DNA of 64,000 nucleotides from a virus (IMGVR_UViG_3300028888_000044:96001-160000); one strand, 5' to 3'; counted from the first letter of the stretch, positions 49,954-59,862 are shown. Made by a program: numbers and translations. The notes: a model not told the origin generated them from the letters alone.

Positions 49954-50606
49954 TGCTATTTGACATGGTTACGAACAACAGTAGATTAGTTTTTAATTAT
50001 GGCTCTATGAGTAGCGGCAAAAGCTTGAATTTGCTGATAAAGGCTCATAATTTGGATGAGAAGGGAATACCAATATTGGTAATAAAGCCATCTATAGACA
50101 CAAGAGAGGAAGCAGCAGTAGTAAGGTCAAGAATTGGTATTGAACGCCCTTGCATTCTTGTTGACAAGAAGACTAATCTGTTCAATCTTGCGATTAAGAA
50201 CAGATTTTGTAGAATAATTCTTGTTGATGAATGCCAGTTTTTAACGGCACAACAAGTAGACCAATTGGCGAAGGTTGTAGATACAATCGGTATCAATGTA
50301 ATTTGCTACGGCTTGCGTACAGATTTTAAGTCACGTCTATTTGCTGGTTCAAAAAGACTATTTGAAATTGCAGATTCTATTGAGGAACTTAAGTCATATT
50401 GTGACTGCGGTAAAAAGGCAATAATAAATGCTCGATTTGATTCAAGCGGTAATATGATTGTTGATGGCGAACAGATTGTTATTGGTGGTGATGACACTTA
50501 TAGAGCAATATGTAGGGAATGTTTTTTTAATAATTTGAATAAAATAAGCATTAATAATGAAACAAGCAATAAAGAAGGGGACAACGATAAAGAAATTCAA
50601 CCTTGA
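49953..50606 (+). CDS. tdk: Thymidine kinase
   Basis: YGSMSSGKS, ILVDECQFL, YGLRTDF, FxGSxxLxxxAD, and Zn ligands CDCG and CREC. Confidence 0.95.
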   Translation: MLFDMVTNNSRLVFNYGSMSSGKSLNLLIKAHNLDEKGIPILVIKPSIDTREEAAVVRSRIGIERPCILVDKKTNLFNLAIKNRFCRIILVDECQFLTAQQVDQLAKVVDTIGINVICYGLRTDFKSRLFAGSKRLFEIADSIEELKSYCDCGKKAIINARFDSSGNMIVDGEQIVIGGDDTYRAICRECFFNNLNKISINNETSNKEGDNDKEIQP

Positions 50607-51756
50607 CGAATTAAAGGCAGAGATGGGTTATTCAAGAAAAGGTAATGACCTTGCAGCAAGTATTGCTGACAAACCAATGGACTTTATTCCAATGCCAAAG
50701 GCATTTAATGAAGCATTAAAACTTCCAGGTTTTCCAATGGGATATATGAGCATCATAACTGGTTGGTCAAACACTGGTAAGTCTACATTGGTTAATTGCC
50801 TTATTGCAAGCTGTATAAACAATGGAATTCTTCCAGTTATTTATGATACAGAAAACAACTTTGACTTTTCGTATGCAATAGATTGTGGTATGAAGGCTAC
50901 ACCTGAATATGGTGATGTTGATGTTGAAACTGTTGATGAGGAAACAGGTGAGGTAACAGTAACTACAGAAAGACAGATTGTTGATTGGAATGGCGATTTC
51001 TTCTATTATAACAGTAGAAAATTGGCTGATACATATGGAATGAATGATTATGCAACTGGTAAGCAGACAACAAAGAAGAGAAATACTGCGGTTATTGAGG
51101 ATATTGCATATTCTATAAATGAATTCCTTGATAAGCAAGAAGATGGCAAAATACCTATGCCTATCTGCTTCATTTGGGACTCTGTTGGTTCAATCATTTC
51201 ATTCAAGAGCCTTATGAGCAAAACAGGAAACAATATGTTTGACGCTGGTGCTTTAAGTTCAGCTTTCACGAACATTTTGAACAATAGGATTCCTACTTCA
51301 AGGAAGGTTTCTTCACCATATACAAACTCGTTTGTGTGCGTCAACAAGATTTGGAATGATTCTATGAATAGTACAATGGGATTGCCTTCAATTGAACTCA
51401 AGGGCGGTAAAGCATTCTTCTATGCTGCAAGGCTCATCATCCACTTGGGAGGTGTGGCAAAGGCTGCGATTAAGAAGCTTAATGCAACTGTCAAGGGACA
51501 GACTTATACTTACGGTACTGTCAGCAAGATTAAGGTTAACAAGAATCAGTTGCCAACACCTTACAACATTACATATGAAGGTGAAATAGCTTGTGTGCAC
51601 AACGGTCTTTGCAGCATAGATGACATTGATGATTACAAGAAGAATAACATCAAGGACATCTTGAAGAGAATTGAGAGCATTGGTGACAGTAGTGTAAGTG
51701 ACGATGATGCAAAATCAATGGCATTTACCGAAGAGGAAACAACTGAAATATTCTGA
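50557..51756 (+). CDS. recA: RecA/UvsX-like recombinase
   Basis: Walker A GWSNTGKST, YDTEN, IWDSVGS, GGKAFFY and KVNKN. Confidence 0.85.
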   Translation: MKQAIKKGTTIKKFNLDELKAEMGYSRKGNDLAASIADKPMDFIPMPKAFNEALKLPGFPMGYMSIITGWSNTGKSTLVNCLIASCINNGILPVIYDTENNFDFSYAIDCGMKATPEYGDVDVETVDEETGEVTVTTERQIVDWNGDFFYYNSRKLADTYGMNDYATGKQTTKKRNTAVIEDIAYSINEFLDKQEDGKIPMPICFIWDSVGSIISFKSLMSKTGNNMFDAGALSSAFTNILNNRIPTSRKVSSPYTNSFVCVNKIWNDSMNSTMGLPSIELKGGKAFFYAARLIIHLGGVAKAAIKKLNATVKGQTYTYGTVSKIKVNKNQLPTPYNITYEGEIACVHNGLCSIDDIDDYKKNNIKDILKRIESIGDSSVSDDDAKSMAFTEEETTEIF

Positions 51757-51794
51757 AAAAAAAATGGCACTATATCAAATAGTGCCATTTTTTT
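51756..51794. terminator. Bidirectional terminator
   Basis: aaaaaaaatggcactat / atagtgccattttttt between convergent genes. Confidence 0.85.
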
Positions 51795-51820
51795 GTGTAT
51801 ACATAATTTTTATAAATATC

Positions 51821-53128
51821 TTATTCAGATTCCGTTTCAACAGTCCAACCATTTGGAATACCGTTTACACCTCTGACATTCCAAGTTGCTGCGCTGTTCT
51901 TAACAAAAGTACCACTTGATGCAACACCAGACACCCAAGAATCGGTATATGCCGTTGATGGTGTCGTTGTGAACATAGCCTTTATATACTGTAATTTTGT
52001 ACATCCTCTAAACATATAGCGGTAACATGATGTTGCTGTCAGAGACTTTATTAACAATGTAGGAGCCACTTCAAGTGATTTACAATCCTCGAACATTGAA
52101 TATAATCCTTTTTCACCACCATTAGTAGTAAATCCAGTTGCAGATATTTTTGGCGCTGAAACTAAATTAGTACAGCCCTTGAACATTTCGCAATAACCGC
52201 TTGTTGGTACTGTCAATGATGGTAGATTTGGAGCTGACTTTAAAGATGTACATTCTTCGAACATAGCATCATAACAGCATTTAGCAAGGGTCGTAGATGA
52301 AAGCTGAGGTGCAATCAAAAGACTAGCACAGTTTTTAAACATAGCCTCATAACAGCTTTCTTTCATAATTTCACCATGCAATACTGGTGCAACAACAATA
52401 CTTGTGCAATTTCCGAACATTCTGTGGTAGCAACTTTTTTTCAATTCAGTAGCAACTAGTGATGGCGCATTTATTAATCTTTCGCACCCCATAAACATCT
52501 CGAAATAGCAAAAATCATTTATGTTTTCTGCCACAAGGAGTGGTGCTGTGTACATTTTGGCGCATTCATAGAACATACGGCAGTAGCAATTTATTGTCAA
52601 ATCGTGAGATGGCATAACCAACGTGTTTGCATTGACAACATTTGTTTTGTAAAACATCAAGTTGAAAGTACAAGAATCAATCAAACTTGTTTTATCTTCG
52701 AAGTCATCGTCATACAATAATGACATTATATTTCCTTGTAAATTAAACATTGCAGTACTTGCACTGAAAACTCCTATTCCAGAATCTCTATCTGCAATTT
52801 CATATGAACCAATTCTAGGATATGGAACCATGTTTCCTTTCCACTTCACAACATCACCAGATTTTACATTTAATGATACTTGATTCTGATATTCAGACCA
52901 TGTTTCACCATCGTCCAACGAATATGCAATCATATTTACTTGTGAATCACCAGTAGTTCCACTGAATTCAAAAGTACCATCACTTACCGCAACAAAGGTC
53001 AAATAGTCACCGCCACTTTTCTTTAATATGTGAACAGTGTCTGTTTCTTCTGTATATGACATTAGTTTGTCTTCTGACGCATAATGAGTTCTTTCTTCGT
53101 CAGTGTCAAATTTCTTTAAATAAATCAT
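51821..53128 (-). CDS. LRR-like repeat protein (25-aa MFxxCxxLxxAPxL units)
   Basis: About 9 repeats of CYxxMFxxCxxLxxAPxL; C-terminal GTFVK...GIPNGWTV. Confidence 0.8.
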   Translation of the reverse strand: MIYLKKFDTDEERTHYASEDKLMSYTEETDTVHILKKSGGDYLTFVAVSDGTFEFSGTTGDSQVNMIAYSLDDGETWSEYQNQVSLNVKSGDVVKWKGNMVPYPRIGSYEIADRDSGIGVFSASTAMFNLQGNIMSLLYDDDFEDKTSLIDSCTFNLMFYKTNVVNANTLVMPSHDLTINCYCRMFYECAKMYTAPLLVAENINDFCYFEMFMGCERLINAPSLVATELKKSCYHRMFGNCTSIVVAPVLHGEIMKESCYEAMFKNCASLLIAPQLSSTTLAKCCYDAMFEECTSLKSAPNLPSLTVPTSGYCEMFKGCTNLVSAPKISATGFTTNGGEKGLYSMFEDCKSLEVAPTLLIKSLTATSCYRYMFRGCTKLQYIKAMFTTTPSTAYTDSWVSGVASSGTFVKNSAATWNVRGVNGIPNGWTVETESE

Positions 53129-53227
53129 AATATAAAAATATAATTTATAATAAATATCATTTTATATACAATAAATTTTCCAGAAGTAATATTTTTTGTA
53201 TATATTAGTTAAAAGTAACATTTATTT

Positions 53228-53863
53228 ATGGCTAGAAATGCAGAAAAGGAAAAACAAGACATACAAGGAGAATCGGCAGTGCACGATTTCTTGAAAAAGC
53301 ATTTTTATAATGAAGTAAAAAATCTGATAGAAGTTAATGAGAAAAATACCCAACTTAAGGGCATTGACACGATTTTTGAATATAACGGGTTTGAATACAA
53401 ATGTGATGAAAAAGCTGCATTGGACTTTACAAATGAACAGAAGGGAAGGAAATTGAATACCTTCTGCCTTGAATTGTCATTCTTGAGCAGAAGCGACTAC
53501 AGAATGGAGGGTTGGTTCGTTAATGAAAGCTTGGAAAACAATTCATATCTGTTCGTTTGGGTTGACAAGTCGGATGAGAATGTCATACACAACGCAAGCG
53601 AGATAAGGGAAGCTGAAATTGCATTGGTTCTGAAACAAGACATATATGACTACCTTTATACAATAGGATGGACGATTCCTTTGCTTAAGGTAAAGGATGA
53701 GAAAATAAGAAGCGGTACTGACAAGAATTTCGGAAACATCAATGAGAATGGTTGTAAATTTGCATTTTCACCATATTTATCTGAAAAACCAATAAATATT
53801 CTACTTTCAAGGGATACATATAGAAAAATGCCTCATACAATAAGTAAGAAAATATATTGCTGA
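53228..53863 (+). CDS. Hypothetical protein, possible PD-(D/E)xK nuclease fold
   Basis: QLKGID-x12-DEK pattern. Confidence 0.45.
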   Translation: MARNAEKEKQDIQGESAVHDFLKKHFYNEVKNLIEVNEKNTQLKGIDTIFEYNGFEYKCDEKAALDFTNEQKGRKLNTFCLELSFLSRSDYRMEGWFVNESLENNSYLFVWVDKSDENVIHNASEIREAEIALVLKQDIYDYLYTIGWTIPLLKVKDEKIRSGTDKNFGNINENGCKFAFSPYLSEKPINILLSRDTYRKMPHTISKKIYC

Positions 53864-54366
53864 TGAAAAAATATACTCAAGACAAAGAAATAATTAGTCT
53901 GTTTAGCATGAAAAAAATAGACGATAATACAAAGAAAAGACTTCATAAGGCTATTGATGATAACAACTTTTACGAAATAAGAAAAATGACAGATGTTTTA
54001 CTTGGGCAAGAAATATGGTTTGGCGATTATTTCGAAGGAGATGAGTTCAAGTTTTATGTCAACGGCTTTAGACATTATCAACCGACAAGAGAATCAATAG
54101 ACAAATTCTTGCGAGATGAGAACAGAATTATAACTGATGGGAAATCATCAAAGATTTATAGTCCAGAAGAAATTTGGCAAATGGTTGATGACAGCAAGGG
54201 CGGCAAGACCATTGAGGATGTTGTCAAGGAAATGTCCGAATCCCAACAAGCGCTTATTGACGCAGAGGAATGGATAAGACCTTATGGGTTGTCATATGAG
54301 GACATAGCGAAATACAAACCTCGTTATAATGAATTTCATAATGATGGATTAAGATTTTATATATGA
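53863..54366 (+). CDS. Hypothetical protein
   Basis: ORF coupled to both neighbours. Confidence 0.6.
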   Translation: MKKYTQDKEIISLFSMKKIDDNTKKRLHKAIDDNNFYEIRKMTDVLLGQEIWFGDYFEGDEFKFYVNGFRHYQPTRESIDKFLRDENRIITDGKSSKIYSPEEIWQMVDDSKGGKTIEDVVKEMSESQQALIDAEEWIRPYGLSYEDIAKYKPRYNEFHNDGLRFYI

Positions 54367-55517
54367 AGCAAGTAATAAGAAAATCAATCATAGAAGCTAA
54401 CAATATAAAGACAGAAGAGAATATATATACTTTGGTTGTTGACGGTTCTAGTGTGCTTAAAACAGCATTGGTATCAACAAAACTCAACCAAGACGGTCTT
54501 GATTATGGTGCAATTATCAATTTCTTCAATATGATAAGACAAGTGATAGTCAAGCGAGATTTCTCAAAATGCTATGTGTTCTTTGACGATGACTTGAGTG
54601 GTCAGCTAAGGGCAGATATTTACCCAGCTTATAAGGCGAATAGGGACAAGCACTACAATATAAACGAAACAGAATATGACAAGAAGATAAACGATTATGT
54701 AAAGAAAGTACTTGCTTATTCACGAAACAAGAAAAAAGAATCAAAAAAAGTCCAATATGTAGAAACAGAGGATGAAAGGTACAGTAGGTGCAGAGATATT
54801 ATAATTGAAATCTGCGAAGAACTGTACATTAGGGTATATATGGCGAAATATGTGGAAGCTGATGACTTGTGCGCATATGTTGTAAGACATAAGAAACCGA
54901 ATGAAAAGATTGTTATCATATCAAGCGATAGGGACTTGGCACAGCTTATATCCGATGACGTTTGCTTGTACGTACTTAACAAGAAAACTTATGTAATACC
55001 TTCAAACTGTGTGGAAGTATTGGGATGCACTCACGAGAACATTGTTCTTAAAAAGATATTCTGTGGCGATGCTTCAGATAACATTGCTGGTATAAAAGGA
55101 GTTGGAGAAAAGACATTCTTCAGCCTATTTCCAGAAGCTGTGAACAACAAGATGCTTGTGGAAGATGTAATATCAAGGGCAAAGGAGATAAACGATGAAC
55201 GCAAGAAGGAAAAGAAGAGACCTTTGAAGGCTTGTGAAAACATCATAAACAATGTGACTGAAGGTGTTCAAGGAAACAAGATATACGAGATAAACAAGAA
55301 GATAATATCACTTGAGGAACCGTTGCTTACCGAAGAGGCAACAGAAACAATGAAAATGCTTACAGAATGCCCATTGGATGATGAGGGAAGAGATTTCAAG
55401 AATCTGTATAAGATAGCCCAAGAAAACAAGATTAATGACTTGTTGGATGATGGTAGACTTGGAGATTTCTTTGGGGCTTTCAACGGATTGATATATAGGG
55501 AAAAACATAATAAATAA
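54363..55517 (+). CDS. 5'-3' exonuclease / T4 RNase H-like flap endonuclease
   Basis: LVVDG, YKANR, EADD, SSDRDLAQL and GDASDNIAGIKGVGEKT. Confidence 0.92.
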   Translation: MKQVIRKSIIEANNIKTEENIYTLVVDGSSVLKTALVSTKLNQDGLDYGAIINFFNMIRQVIVKRDFSKCYVFFDDDLSGQLRADIYPAYKANRDKHYNINETEYDKKINDYVKKVLAYSRNKKKESKKVQYVETEDERYSRCRDIIIEICEELYIRVYMAKYVEADDLCAYVVRHKKPNEKIVIISSDRDLAQLISDDVCLYVLNKKTYVIPSNCVEVLGCTHENIVLKKIFCGDASDNIAGIKGVGEKTFFSLFPEAVNNKMLVEDVISRAKEINDERKKEKKRPLKACENIINNVTEGVQGNKIYEINKKIISLEEPLLTEEATETMKMLTECPLDDEGRDFKNLYKIAQENKINDLLDDGRLGDFFGAFNGLIYREKHNK

Positions 55518-55567
55518 AAATAAAGCCAAATACTTGCAGTATATTGCTTGTATTTGGCTTTATCTTT
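55518..55567. terminator. Terminator between convergent genes
   Basis: ataaagccaaatac / gtatttggctttat. Confidence 0.75.
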
Positions 55568-55572
55568 GCTTG

Positions 55573-56718
55573 TTATTGTTCTACCTTTGACCAACCATAA
55601 TAACCTAAATAATAGTCAGCATTTTGCATCCAAGAATCATATCCACTACTTCCACTTGGAACATATAATGTACCATTAGTTTTAACGTCTCTGAATGTAT
55701 TACTTTGTATTGTTGGTGCTGTAGTTGCTAATGAGGTTATGCTTGATAATTCATTACAACCTTGGAAAGAACCACTAGCAATACTTGTAACACTATCTGG
55801 TATTGTTATACTTGATAATGAGGTACAATAATAGAAAGCACCATCACCAATACTTGTAACACTATTTCCTATTGTAACACTTGTTAATCCACTACAACCT
55901 TGGAAAGTAGCACTACTAATACTTGTAAGACCACTGCCTATTGTTACACTTGTTAATCCACTACAATTTTGGAAAGCCGCATTACCCATATTTGTAACAC
56001 TATTTGGTATGGTAATACTTGTTAATGATGTACAACCATAGAAAGCATTACTACCAATGCTTGTAACACTATTACCTATTGTTATATTTGACAATCCACT
56101 ACAATTATAGAAAGCACCAGCATCAATACTAGTAACACTATTAGGTATTGTTATACTTGTTAATCCACTGCAACCTTGGAAAGCACCATCACCAATACTT
56201 GTAACACTATTTCCTATTGTAACACTTGTTAATCCACCACAACCTTGGAAAGTAGCACTATTAATACTTGTAAGACCACTGCCTATTGTTACACTTGTTA
56301 ATCCACTACAACTATTGAAAGCACTAGCACCAATACTTGTAACACTATTAGGTATGGTTACACTTGTTAATCCTCTACAACCACCAAAAACATAATTACC
56401 AATACTTGTAACACTATTTCCTATTGTAACACTTGTTAATCCACTACAACTATTGAAAGCACCAACACCAATACTTGTGCATAAATTACCTATTTCAGCA
56501 TTGACTGTTGTTGATTTATATTGACTTGTCATTGCATATGTCAATTCTCCACTGCCTTCAATTTCAACAATATCGCCATTATTAAGTGTTAATTTGCAGA
56601 AAAATGTTTTTGGGTGTATATTCACTTTATTACTTTCAATTGTGTATGACAGATATTCGTATTTGTCTGTACATGCTTGTTTTTCTTCTTCTGTTTGAAA
56701 TAATTTTATATGTACCAT
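55573..56718 (-). CDS. BspA-type (TpLRR) leucine-rich repeat protein
   Basis: About 11 23-aa repeats of the form LTS[VI]TI[PG]NSVTSIGxxAFxxC. Confidence 0.92.
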   Translation of the reverse strand: MVHIKLFQTEEEKQACTDKYEYLSYTIESNKVNIHPKTFFCKLTLNNGDIVEIEGSGELTYAMTSQYKSTTVNAEIGNLCTSIGVGAFNSCSGLTSVTIGNSVTSIGNYVFGGCRGLTSVTIPNSVTSIGASAFNSCSGLTSVTIGSGLTSINSATFQGCGGLTSVTIGNSVTSIGDGAFQGCSGLTSITIPNSVTSIDAGAFYNCSGLSNITIGNSVTSIGSNAFYGCTSLTSITIPNSVTNMGNAAFQNCSGLTSVTIGSGLTSISSATFQGCSGLTSVTIGNSVTSIGDGAFYYCTSLSSITIPDSVTSIASGSFQGCNELSSITSLATTAPTIQSNTFRDVKTNGTLYVPSGSSGYDSWMQNADYYLGYYGWSKVEQ

Positions 56719-56809
56719 AATATAATTTCTTATTTATTCATAAATATCTTGCTGAAAAAGAAAATTGACATCAGTCAGTAATTATTTTACACACTTGTGC
56801 CAAATTGTA

Positions 56810-57355
56810 TTATTTTAGTTTCTTTATTATATTATCCATTGAAAACACAACATAATCGGTACAGTAAACATCAGCTACTGGTGTTTCTCCTATATTTTTA
56901 AGTATTACTGAATCGTAGTTTACTAAACCGCTATTTACCATATTTTTGACAATGTATGGAATATCGCCAAATTCATATTCTTCTTCGGATTCCATAACAT
57001 AATCCCATATTTGGGAAGGCATAATGCTTGTCAATTTTGGGTCGTTTGATTGACGTATTATTTCACCATTGTCATCCAAGTAGTACCACCACAATTTACC
57101 GCACCATTCATCATTTACGTTAACAATCAATGGATTATTCAGTTGTATCAAATATCTTGACATTTTATCTCTTCCACCATGCGTAAAGTATTGTATTGGT
57201 TTATCTGAAAACCAAATAACGTCAGAAAAATGTTCGTGAGCCAATTCTGAACCACCTCTATAAACAATAAATGTATTAGTGCTGTTATTGATATTCTCGA
57301 ATATATATCTGTTTATTTCATTTGCAATGATATTATGTATTTTTTTTCTTTCCAT
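56810..57355 (-). CDS. ADP-ribosyltransferase-like protein (ART-PolyVal-like)
   Basis: VYRG, IWFSD, YLIQLNNPL, YDSVILKNI and DYVVF; probable start is the ATG at 57355. Confidence 0.6.
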   Translation of the reverse strand: MERKKIHNIIANEINRYIFENINNSTNTFIVYRGGSELAHEHFSDVIWFSDKPIQYFTHGGRDKMSRYLIQLNNPLIVNVNDEWCGKLWWYYLDDNGEIIRQSNDPKLTSIMPSQIWDYVMESEEEYEFGDIPYIVKNMVNSGLVNYDSVILKNIGETPVADVYCTDYVVFSMDNIIKKLK

Positions 57356-57522
57356 AATCAACAATCAATATATCAAATAAATAGTATTGTAGGCGGCAAT
57401 TATGTTAAAAAAAAATTAACATTTAATTTTGTTTTTGTTTTTTTTTCGTATATATTCGTTGTGTTAACTAATGTTAAATCGAGAGTTATTTTTTAAACGT
57501 TTAATTTTAATTTTTAACGATT

Positions 57523-58299
57523 ATGGCAAACGAAGTTCCAAACAAGGAGTACAAGGAAGAGAGATTTGAAATTGACTTATATGTTAATGACAAATTGATT
57601 TGCAAGAGAAATTTCAAGATTAATAACTTTATTGAGGGTAGTATGGATACTGTCAATTTCAAGGAGACTTTTGACGGTCTTGTAAGGAGTATTGACAATG
57701 ACTTGAAATCCAAGAGCAGAGTATACTGTTGGTATTACTTTAACGAGGATGATGTTTTGAATGAGTTCAAAGACCCTCTTCTAAAACCGTGGGAATGCAC
57801 GTTTAAGTTTGAATTGACTGATAACCACAAGGTTGTTCTGTCAAGGATTTGGGATGGCTATGCTTACCCTAAGGCTATTAGGGATAGGGTTGACATCACC
57901 AACAAGATTGTAAGGATTACTACAAAAGATGACAAGACATATGTGTATGACAAGGACACATATTTCAAGGCAAACGAAGACAGATTGTCGGCAGAGCTTT
58001 ATGTTCTCAAGGCAATGATAATGGACAAGCAAGACTTGACACAGCAGATTATAAGGAAGATTTGCGAGGTTTGCTCACCACGCGAGAACTTGTACAAGTC
58101 AATCGGTGACTATACTGTGAGCGAAGTGTATGGGAATGACGAGTATGTTGTCAACAAGGAAGGTAAAAAGGAATTTTTGAGGACTCGTGGAGCCAAGAAG
58201 TATTTCTATTCAGTAAATCTTACTGAGAAGAAGTATATTTCTGATTGGGCAAAAGCAGTTTCAGCAAAGACTAAGGAATATTTTGAAACATTGTATTAA
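57523..58299 (+). CDS. Hypothetical protein upstream of the helicase
   Basis: 258-aa ORF with genome-typical codon usage. Confidence 0.7.
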   Translation: MANEVPNKEYKEERFEIDLYVNDKLICKRNFKINNFIEGSMDTVNFKETFDGLVRSIDNDLKSKSRVYCWYYFNEDDVLNEFKDPLLKPWECTFKFELTDNHKVVLSRIWDGYAYPKAIRDRVDITNKIVRITTKDDKTYVYDKDTYFKANEDRLSAELYVLKAMIMDKQDLTQQIIRKICEVCSPRENLYKSIGDYTVSEVYGNDEYVVNKEGKKEFLRTRGAKKYFYSVNLTEKKYISDWAKAVSAKTKEYFETLY

Positions 58300-58305
58300 T
58301 GAATT

Positions 58306-59757
58306 ATGGCATCAAAATCAAATGAAAAGGATTTAGGTTATCTAGGTGAAGAGTTTCAAAAGAGATTGATACACGCCTTTATGGTTGATAGCTCCTTTTT
58401 CAGAGATTTGTCATCCATTATAGACCAAAATATGTTCACAAGTGTAATAATGCGAACATATGTTGCAATTATGAAGGACTATTATGAGAAATATCAGATT
58501 TGTCCTTCATATACTGTAATGGATATGTCCATAAGGGAACGAATACACAACAAAATTGAGCTTGAGCAAGAGTTGGCTTTCAATGAAGAACTGAAGACAG
58601 TAACCACTGAATCAATCGATTATGTCAGAGAAGTTGCTACAAGGTTCTTCAAGCAGCAGAATATTGTACGTATTGCAAATGAAATATTAAGGGTTGTAGG
58701 AAGCAATGGAACTGATGCTGACAAGTATGACAAATGCGTCACTCTATTGACAGATGCAATCAATGTTGGAACTGGCGAAGATTATGGCGAGGGAATTTAT
58801 GACAACATAGAAGATACCTTGTCAGATGAATATCGAAAGCCAATACCAACTGGAGTTGATAGGCTTGACGAGGTTCTTGAAGGTGGTTTGGGATTAGGCG
58901 AAGTCGGAATGATAATTGGCCCTACATCGTTTGGTAAGACATCTCTAACAACATCATTTGCTAGTGCAGCAGCAACTTGTAGATGTGAATACAACAACAA
59001 TCAAGGATTTAAAGTACTACAGATTGTCTTTGAGGACAAGATAAAGCAGATTAGACGAAAGCATTTCTCAAAGATAACGCAAGTGGAGGCTCGTAATTTG
59101 TCAAAACCCGATTACATTCAGATGGTTAGGGAGCAGATTGACAGATACGAAGATAAGGAAATGCTTGCTAAAAATCTGAAGATTGTCAAGTTTCCTAGTG
59201 GCGAAAAGACAATAGACCAAATAAAGAACTATATCAATAGGCTGATAAATCTTGGCTTTAAACCAGACTTGTTGATTCTTGATTATTTCGAATGTTTGAA
59301 ATTGTCTGGAGATAAATCTTTATCACAATGGGAGCAAGAGGGCAAGACTATGAGGCGAATCGAAACTATGGCAAGCGACCTTAATATGGCTGTTTGGGTT
59401 CCTAGTCAAGGTAGTAGAGATTCAATCAATTCTGAACTTGTAACCATTGACAAGGGTGGCGGTTCAATCAGAAAAGCTCAAGTTGCGCACATTATATTGT
59501 CTATTGCTCGTTCAACAGATGATATTGCAAACAATAGGGCAACTATTGCGATTCTAAAGAACAGAGCTGGTTGTAGTGGAAAGATATTCAATAACGCATA
59601 TTTCAATAACGGTACTTGTACTGTAAATATGGATGATGTAGACGAATTTGAAAATATGGTCAAGTTTGACCAAGTTCGAGAAGAGGATATTAGAAAAATT
59701 CAGAAGGAACTTTTGAAACAAGCTAAAAAGAATCAAAAAGCGGCAGAATCACCATAA
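58306..59757 (+). CDS. dnaB: Replicative DNA helicase (DnaB / T4 gp41-like)
   Basis: IPTG-x3-LD, GPTSFGKT, LILDY, VPSQ and LKNR. Confidence 0.9.
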   Translation: MASKSNEKDLGYLGEEFQKRLIHAFMVDSSFFRDLSSIIDQNMFTSVIMRTYVAIMKDYYEKYQICPSYTVMDMSIRERIHNKIELEQELAFNEELKTVTTESIDYVREVATRFFKQQNIVRIANEILRVVGSNGTDADKYDKCVTLLTDAINVGTGEDYGEGIYDNIEDTLSDEYRKPIPTGVDRLDEVLEGGLGLGEVGMIIGPTSFGKTSLTTSFASAAATCRCEYNNNQGFKVLQIVFEDKIKQIRRKHFSKITQVEARNLSKPDYIQMVREQIDRYEDKEMLAKNLKIVKFPSGEKTIDQIKNYINRLINLGFKPDLLILDYFECLKLSGDKSLSQWEQEGKTMRRIETMASDLNMAVWVPSQGSRDSINSELVTIDKGGGSIRKAQVAHIILSIARSTDDIANNRATIAILKNRAGCSGKIFNNAYFNNGTCTVNMDDVDEFENMVKFDQVREEDIRKIQKELLKQAKKNQKAAESP

Positions 59758-59862
59758 AATTTGAAATATTTGGACTCTAAATAGTCATTTTTTGTATTTT
59801 TTTCAATAAAATTATAAGATAAAAAAAAATAATTTTTTTTTCCAAAAAAAAGTTTTAATTAA

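Noticed and set aside
55573-56718. Diversity-generating retroelement target
   Set aside because: No reverse transcriptase and no non-coding template repeat occur in the window; the repeats are tandem coding units.
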